In this document: positions 19,973 to 30,188 of the stretch, piece by piece
Layout of the letters: every line of letters starts with the position of its first letter
Numbering within the stretch: the stretch's first letter is position 1
Assembly: GCA_012518555.1 (NCBI GenBank)
Contig: JAAYRW010000055.1
Location: 1 to 61,756 of the forward strand
DNA length: 61,756 bases
Direction: 5' to 3'
Origin: Tissierellia bacterium
GTDB lineage: Bacteria; Bacillota; Clostridia; Tissierellales; Sedimentibacteraceae
Made by a program: the position numbers and the translations under genes
Notes under the pieces: model-generated
Told to the model about the DNA's origin: nothing
Database searches by the model: none
What the model saw: the letters and a program-made list of their open reading frames with translations, nothing else

Positions 19973-21154
19973 ATGGATAGAATGGTCGGAACTGTTGTCA
20001 GGGGATTAAGGGCTCCAATAATTTCAGAAGGTGATGACATAATAGAAATAACCATTAATACAATATTAAAAGCTTCTGAGACAGAAGGCTTTTCTTTAAG
20101 AGATAAAGATGTTGTAGGCATAACAGAAGGAGTGGTTGCCAGAGCTCAAGGCAATTACGCTAATATTGATCAAATTGCTTATGCCGTAAAGGAAAAATTT
20201 GAAAGTGATACTGTAGGCCTAGTTTTTCCTATATTAAGCAGGAATAGATTTTCAGTTTGCCTCAAAGGAATAGCCAAAGCCTTTAAAAAAATATACTTAA
20301 TGTTTAGTTACCCTTCTGATGAAGTAGGTAATCCAATTGTCAATTATGATTTATTAGATAAAGAAGGTATAAATCCATGGGCAGACTTACTAACAGAAGA
20401 AGATTTTAGGAAAAGATTTACTGATACCAAACACGTTTTTACAGGAATTGATTACATAGAATATTATTCTGACTTAATAAAAGAAAGTGGCGCTGAAGTA
20501 GAAGTAATTTTTTCTAACAATGCTGCAAATATATTAAATTATACAAAAAATGTATTAGCTTGTGACATTCATAGCCGTGAAAGAACTAAAAGATTGCTTA
20601 AATCTTCAGGTGCTGAAGTTGTTTACGGCTTAGAAGATATATTAAACCAGCCTGTAAATGGTAGCGGATTCAATGAAGAGTACGGTTTGTTAGGTACTAA
20701 TAAAGCTACTGAAGACACCGTAAAGCTTTTTCCTAGAGATTGTCAATCATTAGTTGAAAATATTCAAAAAAGACTATTAGAGCTTACGGGAAAGAAAATC
20801 GAGGTATTGGTATATGGAGACGGAGCTTTCAAAGATCCTGTAGGTAAAATTTGGGAACTTGCAGATCCAGTTGTTTCCCCCGGATTCACAGAAGGGCTAA
20901 ATGGTACACCTAATGAACTAAAGCTAAAATATTTAGCTGACAATCAATTTGCTCACTTAAGAGGAGATGAACTTCGAAAGTCAATTACTGAATATATTGG
21001 ACAGAAAGATTGTGATTTAAAAGATAGTATGGGAACTACACCTAGAAGAATTACAGACTTACTAGGTTCACTTTGCGATTTAACATCAGGAAGCGGAGAT
21101 AAAGGAACTCCCATAGTATATATTCAGGGTTATTTTGACAATTTTTCAGCATAA
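19973..21154 (+). CDS. Coenzyme F420-0:L-glutamate ligase-like protein (Firmicutes type, function unknown)
   Basis: GTVVRGLRAPII..GDD, VGITEGVVARAQGN, YGDGAFKDP, GTTPRRITDLLGSLCDLTSGSGDKGTP. Confidence 0.85.
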   Translation: MDRMVGTVVRGLRAPIISEGDDIIEITINTILKASETEGFSLRDKDVVGITEGVVARAQGNYANIDQIAYAVKEKFESDTVGLVFPILSRNRFSVCLKGIAKAFKKIYLMFSYPSDEVGNPIVNYDLLDKEGINPWADLLTEEDFRKRFTDTKHVFTGIDYIEYYSDLIKESGAEVEVIFSNNAANILNYTKNVLACDIHSRERTKRLLKSSGAEVVYGLEDILNQPVNGSGFNEEYGLLGTNKATEDTVKLFPRDCQSLVENIQKRLLELTGKKIEVLVYGDGAFKDPVGKIWELADPVVSPGFTEGLNGTPNELKLKYLADNQFAHLRGDELRKSITEYIGQKDCDLKDSMGTTPRRITDLLGSLCDLTSGSGDKGTPIVYIQGYFDNFSA

Positions 21155-21158
21155 TAAA

Positions 21159-21181
21159 ATAGCCGCCAATTTCGCGGCTAT
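21159..21181. terminator. Hairpin between convergent genes
   Basis: ATAGCCGC-N7-GCGGCTAT. Confidence 0.65.
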
Positions 21182-21187
21182 CTTTGT

Positions 21188-22645
21188 TTACTCGTAGCTG
21201 TGTTGGGATATAAGTTCTTGTTTACAGTCCCATAGATCTTGAGACAAGTCTACGTAGTATTTATGAGGATTAGTAAACCTCTTTATTTCGCTCCAAAGAT
21301 GTGCAACCTGATCTTTGCAATAAGCTCTAATTTCATTTAAACTTGGACTCTCATAGACACATTCTCCCTTAATAAAAACAGGCACTTGCAAATTTTTCGC
21401 ATAAAACCTTGTTAGCCTTTTCTTTTTCCAAGTGTGTATTTCGTCAAATATAGTATAAGGCTTTGAACTATCTATTACTTCATCAGCCAATGTTAGTACA
21501 TCTGCTATAGGATTATGTCCTTTCTTATCATAAAGTCGCCATACCTTTTTATAGCCGGGAGTAATTACTTTTTCTTCATTTTCGGATATTTTAATTTTCG
21601 GTATAATATGGCCGTCTTTTTCAACTGCTACAAGCTTATAAACACATCCGAAAACAGGATCTGATTTTGCCGTAATAAGCCTTTCTCCAACGCCGAAAGA
21701 ATCTACTTTAGCCCCTTGATCTAATAAATCAGATATAATAAACTCATCTAAACCGCTGGAAGCAACTATTGCACAATCGTGAAGTCCTGCTTCGTTAAGC
21801 ATTCTCCTGCATCTCTTGCTTAAATATGCTATATCGCCACTATCGATTCGTACTCCTTTAAGCCTCTTACCCATAGGCTCTAATATTTCCTTAGCTACTT
21901 TAATTGCATTAGGTATTCCACTTTTAATAACATTGTAGGTGTCAATTAATAAAGTGCAATCATCTGGATAGTTTTCCGCATAGACTTTAAAGGCTTCGTA
22001 TTCGTTTTCAAACATTTGTACCCAAGAATGAGCCATAGTTCCTAAGGCTGGTACGCCAAAAGCTTCATCTGCCAAGGTTGTAGCCGTTCCTATTACACCA
22101 CCGATATAGGCCGCCCTAGCTCCATAAATGGCACCGTCATAACCCTGACTTCTCCTAGCACCGAACTCCATTATAGGTTTGCCTTTGGCAGCTCTTACTA
22201 TACGATTTGCTTTAGTAGCAATTAAACTCTGATGATTTATAGTTAAAAGCATCATTGTTTCAATTATTTGGGCATCGATTGCTTTAGCTCTAACTGTTAC
22301 TAAAGGTTCATTAGGGAATACTGGAGTACCTTCCGGTATGGCATATATATCCCCTGTAAATTTAAAATTCTTTAAATATAGTAAAAATTCTTCACTAAAT
22401 ATTTTTTTTCGTCTGAGGTAATCAATATCTTCTTCAGTAAATTTTAATTGTTTTATATATTGTATTACTTGTTCTAATCCTGCTACTATAGAAAAACCTG
22501 CTCCATCAGGGTTCTTCCTAAAAAACAAATCAAAATATACAATATTATCTTTCATGCCATTAGAAAAATATCCGTTTGACATAGTAAGCTCATAGAAATC
22601 CATCAGCATAGATAGTCTTCTTTCGCTAAAATTGTTATAATGCAT
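21188..22645 (-). CDS. pncB: Nicotinate phosphoribosyltransferase
   Basis: DFYELTM, EFGARR, GTMAHSW, LIDTY, GVRIDSGD, FGVGE, VYKL. Confidence 0.96.
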   Translation of the reverse strand: MHYNNFSERRLSMLMDFYELTMSNGYFSNGMKDNIVYFDLFFRKNPDGAGFSIVAGLEQVIQYIKQLKFTEEDIDYLRRKKIFSEEFLLYLKNFKFTGDIYAIPEGTPVFPNEPLVTVRAKAIDAQIIETMMLLTINHQSLIATKANRIVRAAKGKPIMEFGARRSQGYDGAIYGARAAYIGGVIGTATTLADEAFGVPALGTMAHSWVQMFENEYEAFKVYAENYPDDCTLLIDTYNVIKSGIPNAIKVAKEILEPMGKRLKGVRIDSGDIAYLSKRCRRMLNEAGLHDCAIVASSGLDEFIISDLLDQGAKVDSFGVGERLITAKSDPVFGCVYKLVAVEKDGHIIPKIKISENEEKVITPGYKKVWRLYDKKGHNPIADVLTLADEVIDSSKPYTIFDEIHTWKKKRLTRFYAKNLQVPVFIKGECVYESPSLNEIRAYCKDQVAHLWSEIKRFTNPHKYYVDLSQDLWDCKQELISQHSYE

Positions 22646-22658
22646 AAGAATTCTCCCA

Positions 22659-23297
22659 TTATTTTATTTTATCGACTACTTCTATGCCGCCGACATACAT
22701 ATTATATAAAGCAAATAAATTAACAAGATCACCGTCATGGGCACCACCATCGTAAGTTTCTACAGTATTAGCCGGGACTATGATTCGTTTTGCTAGATTT
22801 TTTTCGTTAAAATATGATTTTAATGTCAAAGTAAACTGTAGTACACAAATATCTGTTACACAACCGGTAACGATGTAGTTGTCAACCTTGTCTTCATACT
22901 TTTCTAACCATTTCTTAAAGCCTTCACTATGGAAACCATTTGTACTATTCTTTTCTATATAATAGGTTTCTTGTCCCTCTGATTCCTTTGTTTTTAATTC
23001 AGCTATTAATTCCGCTTCCTCTTCTCCCTTAATACAATGTGGAGGGAAACTGCAAAATTCTTCTGAATTCTCTTCATGACTATCTAAGAAAAACACCTTT
23101 TTAGATCCAAGCATTTTCTTGTTTAATTCTACGATATTACTTACTATTGCTGCAATTCTAGGGGATGATAAGGCTCCGGAATAAACGAAACCATTAACCA
23201 TATCTACAACAAATAAAGCTGTCCTATCTTTATCTAATGATGATAATTCAATAACCTTACCCTTTAACTCTTCTTCTACTTTTTTAATAGCCTCCAT
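22659..23297 (-). CDS. pncA: Isochorismatase-family cysteine hydrolase, probable nicotinamidase
   Basis: VVDMVNGF, DSH, PPHC, K, GCVTDICV; directly upstream of pncB. Confidence 0.8.
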   Translation of the reverse strand: MEAIKKVEEELKGKVIELSSLDKDRTALFVVDMVNGFVYSGALSSPRIAAIVSNIVELNKKMLGSKKVFFLDSHEENSEEFCSFPPHCIKGEEEAELIAELKTKESEGQETYYIEKNSTNGFHSEGFKKWLEKYEDKVDNYIVTGCVTDICVLQFTLTLKSYFNEKNLAKRIIVPANTVETYDGGAHDGDLVNLFALYNMYVGGIEVVDKIK

Positions 23298-23364
23298 AAC
23301 ATCTTCCTTTGTTTTAATATTAATGGTCAGGGGACAATATATGTGTTCCCTTCCTTTTTCTTAT

Positions 23365-23393
23365 ATTATAGTGTTTAAATCATTATTTGTCAA
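23365..23393 (-). promoter_or_regulatory. Consensus sigma-A promoter of pncA-pncB
   Basis: Minus strand TTGACA-N17-TATAAT, perfect consensus. Confidence 0.8.
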
Positions 23394-23470
23394 AATTTTT
23401 AAAAAATTCAGTAAATTATTCAGTATCATTGAAAAACAATAAAATATTAGAAAAATCTTACCTAATGGCA

Positions 23471-23502
23471 AAAAAATCTATCCATGGTTGGATAGATTTT
23501 TT
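23471..23502 (-). terminator. rnf operon terminator
   Basis: AAAAAATCTATCCA-TGGT-TGGATAGATTTTTT. Confidence 0.85.
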
Positions 23503-23526
23503 ATAGGTAATCATTCCCTAAGGAAT

Positions 23527-24336
23527 TCACATAGCTTGTTTTTTTTCTGTTATAGCTCCTTCTATTACTTTAGTAGGACATTTTTCCACACAAACCATAC
23601 AATGAGTACATTTATCGTAATCTACTTTTGCTAAATTTTCCTTAACATGAATTGCATCGAATTCACAATTTCTTTCGCATATTTTGCAACCAATACAGCC
23701 AATTTTACAAACGTCTTTTACTGCTTTACCGAAATCTCTATTATTACATCCTACAATAACATTGTTTTTGTAGGGAACATATTCAATAACAGCTTTCGGG
23801 CATTCTTCTATACACATGCCACAGGCAGTACATTTTTCCTTATCAATAACAGCTATACCATCTACTATTTCAATAGCATCAAAGGCACATACATCAACAC
23901 AGTCTCCAAAGCCTAAACAGCCTTTGTTACAGGATTTATTGCCTCCCTGTATTGCTGCTGCAGCTTTACAGGTTTTTACTCCCTGGTGTTCATATTTTTT
24001 TGATGCCAGGCTATCACAACCTAAACATAGAACATGAGCTACCTTTTTCTCCGTATCTTCAGCGCTAGTACCCATAATTTCTGCAATCACTTCATGAGCC
24101 TGAGAGCTTGCCACAGGACATGCTGTTACAGGAGCATTCCCAGATGCTATTGCCTCTGCCAACCCGTCACAGCCTGGATAGCCGCAGGCACCACAATTAG
24201 CACCGGGAAGGGCATTTCTTACGTCTATAATTCTTTGATCAGTATCTATATGAAACAGTTTAGCTGCAAAAGCCAACAAAGAACCGCATATTACACCTAA
24301 ACCGCCAGTAACAGCTACTGCTTTTACTATAACCAT
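23527..24336 (-). CDS. rnfB: Rnf complex polyferredoxin subunit B
   Basis: LPGANCGACGYPGC plus several CxxCxxCxxxC motifs. Confidence 0.96.
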   Translation of the reverse strand: MVIVKAVAVTGGLGVICGSLLAFAAKLFHIDTDQRIIDVRNALPGANCGACGYPGCDGLAEAIASGNAPVTACPVASSQAHEVIAEIMGTSAEDTEKKVAHVLCLGCDSLASKKYEHQGVKTCKAAAAIQGGNKSCNKGCLGFGDCVDVCAFDAIEIVDGIAVIDKEKCTACGMCIEECPKAVIEYVPYKNNVIVGCNNRDFGKAVKDVCKIGCIGCKICERNCEFDAIHVKENLAKVDYDKCTHCMVCVEKCPTKVIEGAITEKKQAM

Positions 24337-24346
24337 TTTCTACCTC

Positions 24347-24922
24347 CTATAATTGTAGTCCTGAAAAACCTAGGAACGCAACAGACATAAGTCCGGCTGT
24401 AATCAATGAAATAGCTGAGCCTTTCAATGATTCCGGTAAGTCTGCATTATCTACTTTATCTCTTACTCCGGCAAATAATACTATTGCCAATAAGAAGCCT
24501 GCAGAAGTTCCTATAGAGTAAACTAATGATGGAATAAACTCATACTCATAAACAATATTATTTATTGCAACACCTAGAACAGCACAGTTTGTAGTTATAA
24601 GAGGCAAAAATATTCCCAGTGCTTGGTAAAGACCAGGAGCTGATTTTTTCAAAAACATTTCAACAAATTGTACTAAAGATGCAATAATGAGTATAAATAC
24701 TATTGTCTGTAAATATTCTAAACCTAGATTTACCAAAACAGCATGATGAACAATAAATGTTATTACGGAAGCCAATGTTATAACAAATATAACCGCAATC
24801 CCCATGCCTGCTGCCGTATCAATTTTCTTGGAAACTCCAAGGAAGGGACAGGCTCCCAAGAACTGCATAAAAATAATATTATTAACTATAAACGATGTTA
24901 TAAATAAACTTACTAACTCCAT
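24347..24922 (-). CDS. rnfA: Rnf complex subunit A
   Basis: QFLGACPFLGVSKK, LGIFLPLITTNCAVLG. Confidence 0.97.
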   Translation of the reverse strand: MELVSLFITSFIVNNIIFMQFLGACPFLGVSKKIDTAAGMGIAVIFVITLASVITFIVHHAVLVNLGLEYLQTIVFILIIASLVQFVEMFLKKSAPGLYQALGIFLPLITTNCAVLGVAINNIVYEYEFIPSLVYSIGTSAGFLLAIVLFAGVRDKVDNADLPESLKGSAISLITAGLMSVAFLGFSGLQL

Positions 24923-24932
24923 CTTTTACCTC

Positions 24933-25529
24933 CTAAGCTTTCTTTTTATTAGAAAGGTAATTTACGATACCTATTAATAGTCCAAGTAGTATAAATGCTC
25001 CCGGAGGTTGTACAGCCATCATCATAGGCTCATAAGCTTCCGGTAAAACTCTAAATCCTAAAATAGTACCATTACCTAATATTTCCCTTGTGGAACTAAG
25101 TAAAACCATAGCTAGCAAGTAGCCAGCACCCATTCCTAACCCATCAATAATAGAATCAAATATATTATTCTTTGAAGCAAAGGCTTCAGCTCTAGCAAGA
25201 ATTATACAGTTTACAACTATCAAAGGTATAAAAACTCCTAATGCCTTATATAATTCAAAGGTATATGCGTGCATTAACAAATCTATCATAGTTGTAAATG
25301 CAGCAATTACAATAATAAATGCAGGTATACGAACTTCGTCCGGAATAAATTTTCTAAGGGCAGAAATAACTATATTTGAACCAGTTAATACTGTAGTTAC
25401 TGCTACTCCCATTCCAATTCCGTTTATAAGTGAAGTTGTTATAGCCAAAGTTGCACATATACCAACTTGTTGAACTAAAATAGGATTTTCTGTTGTTACT
25501 CCATTTTTAAATATATCTAACTTATTCAT
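24933..25529 (-). CDS. rnfE: Rnf complex subunit E
   Basis: GICATLA, RIPAFI, FIPLIVVNCIILARAE, REILG. Confidence 0.96.
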   Translation of the reverse strand: MNKLDIFKNGVTTENPILVQQVGICATLAITTSLINGIGMGVAVTTVLTGSNIVISALRKFIPDEVRIPAFIIVIAAFTTMIDLLMHAYTFELYKALGVFIPLIVVNCIILARAEAFASKNNIFDSIIDGLGMGAGYLLAMVLLSSTREILGNGTILGFRVLPEAYEPMMMAVQPPGAFILLGLLIGIVNYLSNKKKA

Positions 25530-25538
25530 TTCATCCTC

Positions 25539-26111
25539 CTATTTCACATACTCAGAATAAACGTCTATTGCATTGTTTACGGCACTTACGAATGAATTAA
25601 CAGACATAGTTGCTCCCGTAATTGCATCTATTTCGTCTTCTGTAATTCTAACTTCTCCGCTCTTTCCTGTAAACTGTCCCGTAAATGCAGGTTCAGCTGT
25701 TCTAGAGCCTAACCCTTCAGTTTCCTGGTGTGAAATTACACTTACTCCTGATATTTGACCTTCAGGTGTGAAGCCAACGTAGAGCTCCATATCACCACTA
25801 AAACCCCTAACTGTACTAAATGTTCTTATTACTTTACCTAGCTCATTACCAGAAGCATCCACTGCAGTAAGCAAATTTATAACTTTTTCATTTTCACCTT
25901 TTATCGTTTCAACTAGATCAGTATCTTCATAGTCATTGAACATTACAGACCCTGGCATAACAGCCTCTAGTATTGCCGGATCCATGCTGGCCATTGCTTC
26001 ATTTAGAGCTATCCTCTCGCTTGTTACGTCATTAAGCCATGCTAATATTCCTGACGCTACAGCACCTATTATAAATAATACTGCTGCAAGTTTAACAAAA
26101 TTATTTTTCAT
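25539..26111 (-). CDS. rnfG: Rnf complex subunit G (FMN-binding)
   Basis: ETEGLGS and the flavinylation motif DAITGATMS. Confidence 0.94.
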   Translation of the reverse strand: MKNNFVKLAAVLFIIGAVASGILAWLNDVTSERIALNEAMASMDPAILEAVMPGSVMFNDYEDTDLVETIKGENEKVINLLTAVDASGNELGKVIRTFSTVRGFSGDMELYVGFTPEGQISGVSVISHQETEGLGSRTAEPAFTGQFTGKSGEVRITEDEIDAITGATMSVNSFVSAVNNAIDVYSEYVK

Positions 26112-27052
26112 TTTTTCTTACCTCCTGTTGCCACTCCAAATACGCGAGGTCTTACATATTTATCTATCATAGGAGTCAATATGTTCATAAGAAGGATTGA
26201 ATAAGATACTCCTTCAGGATATCCTCCTATTTTTCTTATAAGCATGGTGAGAATTCCAGCTCCTACGGCAACAATAACTTTACCCTTATTAGTTACAGGA
26301 CTGGTTGCATAGTCTGTAGCCATGAAGAAAGCTCCTAATATTAAACCACCGCCTAATATATGGTAGGGTAAAGTGCTTGCATCTGTAATTAAAGCTATTA
26401 TTGCAACTGTACCTATATAAAATACAGGAATTATCCACTTAATCGTACCCCTATAAATTAAATAAATTCCTCCGATTAAAAGAAGTATTGATGAAGTTTC
26501 CCCTATAACTCCTGGTACGTTTCCTATGAACATATCCCATATTGAAGGTAATTGACCACTGGCAGTTCCCTTAATTATTGCAAGAGGTGTTGCCGATGAT
26601 ACTGCATCAGTAACCGGATCAACCATCCCTCCTGTCATGTGAGATGACCAAGAAGCCATTAAAAATGCTCTTCCTGCCAAAGCAGGATTTAAAAAGTTAA
26701 AACCTATTCCGCCAAATATTTGTTTAACAATGGCAATTGCAAAGGCTGAGCCAATAACAGCAATCCACCAAGGTGCTTGTGCCGGTAAATTAAAAGCCAA
26801 CAATATTCCCGTAACCACCGCACTTAAGTCGGTAATTGTTATAGGTCTATTCATAAATCTTTGGCACAGATATTCCGTTACTACCGCTGAAATAACTGCT
26901 GCCAATATAAGTACTGCTGCATTAAATCCAAAATAAAATATACTTGCTGCCAATGCAGGAATTAATGCAATTATTACATCAAGCATTAACGTTTGTGTTG
27001 TTTCATCGCCTCTAATATGAGGTGACGATGAACCAATCAACTTTATTTCCAT
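26108..27052 (-). CDS. rnfD: Rnf complex subunit D
   Basis: SSPHIR, KQIFGGIG.N.LNPALAGR, SSATPL, GETS, FFMATD. Confidence 0.97.
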   Translation of the reverse strand: MEIKLIGSSSPHIRGDETTQTLMLDVIIALIPALAASIFYFGFNAAVLILAAVISAVVTEYLCQRFMNRPITITDLSAVVTGILLAFNLPAQAPWWIAVIGSAFAIAIVKQIFGGIGFNFLNPALAGRAFLMASWSSHMTGGMVDPVTDAVSSATPLAIIKGTASGQLPSIWDMFIGNVPGVIGETSSILLLIGGIYLIYRGTIKWIIPVFYIGTVAIIALITDASTLPYHILGGGLILGAFFMATDYATSPVTNKGKVIVAVGAGILTMLIRKIGGYPEGVSYSILLMNILTPMIDKYVRPRVFGVATGGKKK

Positions 27053-27064
27053 CTATATTTCCTC

Positions 27065-28393
27065 CTATTTAGCCTTTTTGCGTCTGGTTAAAATTTCTTT
27101 TTTAGCAACACTGATTCTTTCCTTCAATGGAATCCTTGCAGGACATACATAAGAACATGAACCACATTCTATACAATCAGTTGCATGATATTCATCAGCT
27201 CCGTCAAAGTTTTTCAGTTTTGAAAATCTACTAATTTTAAAGGGCATAAGATAAACAGGGCATGCATCAACGCATCTTCCGCATAAAATACAATTAGAAT
27301 CTTCTGGAACTTTTGCTTCCTCTCTATTTAAAACTAAAATTCCCGAAGTTCCCTTTATAACAGGCACTTCATCTGTATGCTGGGCAATACCCATCATAGG
27401 TCCGCCGTTTATAATTTTGCCCGGTTCTTCTTTGTAACCGCCACACATTTCAATAGCGTCTCTAAAAGATGTTCCTATTCTTAAATATAGATTCTTAGGG
27501 TTTTCAACGGCACTTCCAGTTACAGTAACTACTCTTTGGATACATGGCATTCCAGTTTTAATTACATTACCTATAGTAGCAACAGTTCCTACATTGTCAA
27601 CTACACATCCTACTTCCATAGGTAGTCCTCCCGATGGAACTACTCGACCGGTTACTGCATGTATTATTCTTTTTTCATCTCCTTGAGGGTACTTAGTAAC
27701 CATGGGGGCAACTTCTATACCTTCTTCATTTTCCGTTTCTTTTCGCAATCTTTCTATTGCATCTGGCTTGTTATCTTCGATACAGATATAGGCCTTGTTC
27801 ACTCCTAAAGCTTTCATTATAGCTTTTGTTCCTAAAACAACTAATTCCGGTTTTTCAACCATAACCCTATGGTCAGTCGTCAGGTAAGGCTCACATTCTG
27901 CTCCATTAACAAGCAAGGTATCTATAGGCTTGTCTTCAGGAGGACTTAATTTTACGTGGGTAGGGAAAGTTGCTCCACCCATTCCTGCCATTCCTGCTTC
28001 CTTGATAATTGAAAGAATATCTTCTTTTGTAAGATCTTCCAAATTACCTTTAGGTTTAACTGATTCATGTACTTCTAATTTGCCGTCAGACTCTATGATT
28101 ATGCTGTTAACCTTAGCTCCGCCCGGAACATAACGCTCTTCAATTTTTTTTACTGTTCCAGACACACTGGCATGAACAGGTACCGAAACAAAGGCTTTGG
28201 ATTCGCCAATTTTTTGACCAACCTTCACACTATCTCCTACAGCTACCAATGGATCGCATGGGGCACCAATATGTTGTGACAAAGGAATAACAACTATATC
28301 GGGAGCCGGTGCTTCTTCAATTGGCACATTTTCTGTAAGGGATTTGCTCTGAGGGGGATGAATTCCACCCTTAAAAGTAAATTTTGTGCTCAT
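27065..28393 (-). CDS. rnfC: Rnf complex subunit C
   Basis: FKGGIHP, QHIGAP, GMGGATFPTHVK, NGAECEPYLT, two Fe-S motifs. Confidence 0.97.
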   Translation of the reverse strand: MSTKFTFKGGIHPPQSKSLTENVPIEEAPAPDIVVIPLSQHIGAPCDPLVAVGDSVKVGQKIGESKAFVSVPVHASVSGTVKKIEERYVPGGAKVNSIIIESDGKLEVHESVKPKGNLEDLTKEDILSIIKEAGMAGMGGATFPTHVKLSPPEDKPIDTLLVNGAECEPYLTTDHRVMVEKPELVVLGTKAIMKALGVNKAYICIEDNKPDAIERLRKETENEEGIEVAPMVTKYPQGDEKRIIHAVTGRVVPSGGLPMEVGCVVDNVGTVATIGNVIKTGMPCIQRVVTVTGSAVENPKNLYLRIGTSFRDAIEMCGGYKEEPGKIINGGPMMGIAQHTDEVPVIKGTSGILVLNREEAKVPEDSNCILCGRCVDACPVYLMPFKISRFSKLKNFDGADEYHATDCIECGSCSYVCPARIPLKERISVAKKEILTRRKKAK

Positions 28394-28565
28394 AACTCAC
28401 CTCGTGATTAAATTAATTATTAAAAATATATAAAAGTTATAATTATCAAACATAACAATTATAACAGATTGCTTTCGACTTTTAAATACCTTTTTTATAT
28501 ATTTACAAATATTTTAACATTTTTTATTTTATTTATCAAGTGCAAGGCTAAATTAGCCGAACTAC

Positions 28566-29108
28566 TTATATTGAAATACCTAACATATTTTCGTTTATAT
28601 AATCCTTAACCCACAATAATACACTAGTGTCATTTATATCCGCGCCCTGGAGGATTTTCTTAATTTCCTTTGTATTAAATAAGAATTCTCCTGCATCAGT
28701 TTTATAAGTATAGATTAATTCACAGTCCCTTGCATAATTAATAATGGACATTATAGTATCACCCATATTTCCTAAGGGAGCTCTATCTATATTATCTCTT
28801 TCAAAAAAACAAGAAATTTTTGTTCCCATTCCTAAGTAGGAGTCTATTAATAAATACCCGTTACACTTTTCACAGTTTTCTTTTAACAAAGGAATTCCTA
28901 ACCCTACTTTTCTGCTTGTGCGACTAGTATAAAAAGGATCCGTAACTTTAATTTTCACCTCCTCACTCATACCTTTGCCATTATCTTTTATCGATATTTT
29001 TAAACTATTATTAATTTTACTGTCTTCAATATTTATTTCTAATAATGTAGCCTCAGCATCTATGCTGTTAGTGGCTATATCTAAAATGTGCATTGAAATT
29101 TCTTTCAT
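28566..29108 (-). CDS. Stand-alone HATPase_c (histidine-kinase-like ATPase) of hydrogenase-operon type
   Basis: MKEISMHILDIATNS, DNGKGM, DPFYTSRTSRKVGLGIP, IDRAPLG. Confidence 0.88.
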   Translation of the reverse strand: MKEISMHILDIATNSIDAEATLLEINIEDSKINNSLKISIKDNGKGMSEEVKIKVTDPFYTSRTSRKVGLGIPLLKENCEKCNGYLLIDSYLGMGTKISCFFERDNIDRAPLGNMGDTIMSIINYARDCELIYTYKTDAGEFLFNTKEIKKILQGADINDTSVLLWVKDYINENMLGISI

Positions 29109-29126
29109 ATTTCCTCCAACATTACA

Positions 29127-29174
29127 GGGACATACCCTGAACCCAAACCTTTAAATAATTTCAAGGTGTGTCCC
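29127..29174. repeat. GGGACA...TGTCCC palindromic element (family 1)
   Basis: GGGACATACCCTGAA ... TTCAAGGTGTGTCCC; the right arm overlaps the PHP gene stop. Confidence 0.65.
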
Positions 29175-29859
29175 ATTCCTTTATATTATAAATACTATCC
29201 ATATCATTTAAATCAAAGAAATTAACTGCCTCGGAAATATCAGTAAGGCAGTGAGCATCTGAATTCTTAAGTATTTTATACTTTTCAAACATCTTTTTAT
29301 TTATTGAGTTTTTAGAATATATTTCTACAAAATCTACCTCTAAATCTTTAGGAATAAAACCTAGTATGCTTAAAATACTATTAGACATTTTATTAATATG
29401 GGCAGGAATCATTATGCCCTTAGATTCTTTTACCATATTATTAATATCCCCTATGGAAAAGGGGGTTGCGTTGATTAGCAATTTATCTAAAACACCTACT
29501 ATTTCATCATTAGAGTTATATATATTCTGTTCTCCAAATATTTCCGGCATATTTATTATCGGCGGAAGAGATTGGTAAATTATAGTTCCAAACTTTAAGG
29601 CCCTAGACAGTTCTCTAAAATAGCAAAGTAGATGTACTTCCTCCTTGCTTGTTACTTCAATTCCAGGAATTACTTTAAGACCTGAACCATGGCTTGCCTC
29701 AATTAGAGCTGGCAAATTCGCCGTAGAATTATGATCCGTAAGAGAAATAACATTTAATCCCTTGACAATTGACATATTAATAATATTGTTTGGAGTCATC
29801 TCCCTACTTGCGCAAGGAGATAAATCAGAATGTATATGCAAATCGTAAAATAGTTTCAT
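29161..29859 (-). CDS. PHP-domain phosphoesterase
   Basis: DLHIHSDLSPC, TDHN, GIEV..EEVH, PAHI, SDAH. Confidence 0.92.
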   Translation of the reverse strand: MKLFYDLHIHSDLSPCASREMTPNNIINMSIVKGLNVISLTDHNSTANLPALIEASHGSGLKVIPGIEVTSKEEVHLLCYFRELSRALKFGTIIYQSLPPIINMPEIFGEQNIYNSNDEIVGVLDKLLINATPFSIGDINNMVKESKGIMIPAHINKMSNSILSILGFIPKDLEVDFVEIYSKNSINKKMFEKYKILKNSDAHCLTDISEAVNFFDLNDMDSIYNIKEWDTP

Positions 29860-30188
29860 TTTATCCCCATATCTGACAATCTAAGGGCCAGCTGGTAGGC
29901 ACTTTCAGTTGTAGAAAATATCGGTATACCTAACTCCTTAGCTTTTTCTAAAGTGTCTTTTTCAACTTCCATTCCTTCTACCACAATAATACATGATAAG
30001 TCTAACAATTGGGCAACGGCTACAATATTCATATGGGTTTGAATTGTTATCCATACATAGTTTTCCTTTGCCTTAGACATTACTATACTAAGCAAATCAC
30101 CAATATACACACCTTTAACTTCAATGTTTTTAATCCCTTCATGTAAGGGCTTTAGCTGTAGAATTTCTGCAAATTGTGAGCTATCCAT
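29856..30188 (-). CDS. DRTGG-domain protein
   Basis: YIGDLLSIVM, WITIQTHMNIVAVA. Confidence 0.85.
   Translation of the reverse strand: MDSSQFAEILQLKPLHEGIKNIEVKGVYIGDLLSIVMSKAKENYVWITIQTHMNIVAVAQLLDLSCIIVVEGMEVEKDTLEKAKELGIPIFSTTESAYQLALRLSDMGIK

Noticed and set aside
28394-28565. Rex-like boxes upstream of rnfC (and of the ferredoxin gene)
   Set aside because: Best matches have 3-4 mismatches in very AT-rich DNA and are not distinguishable from chance.
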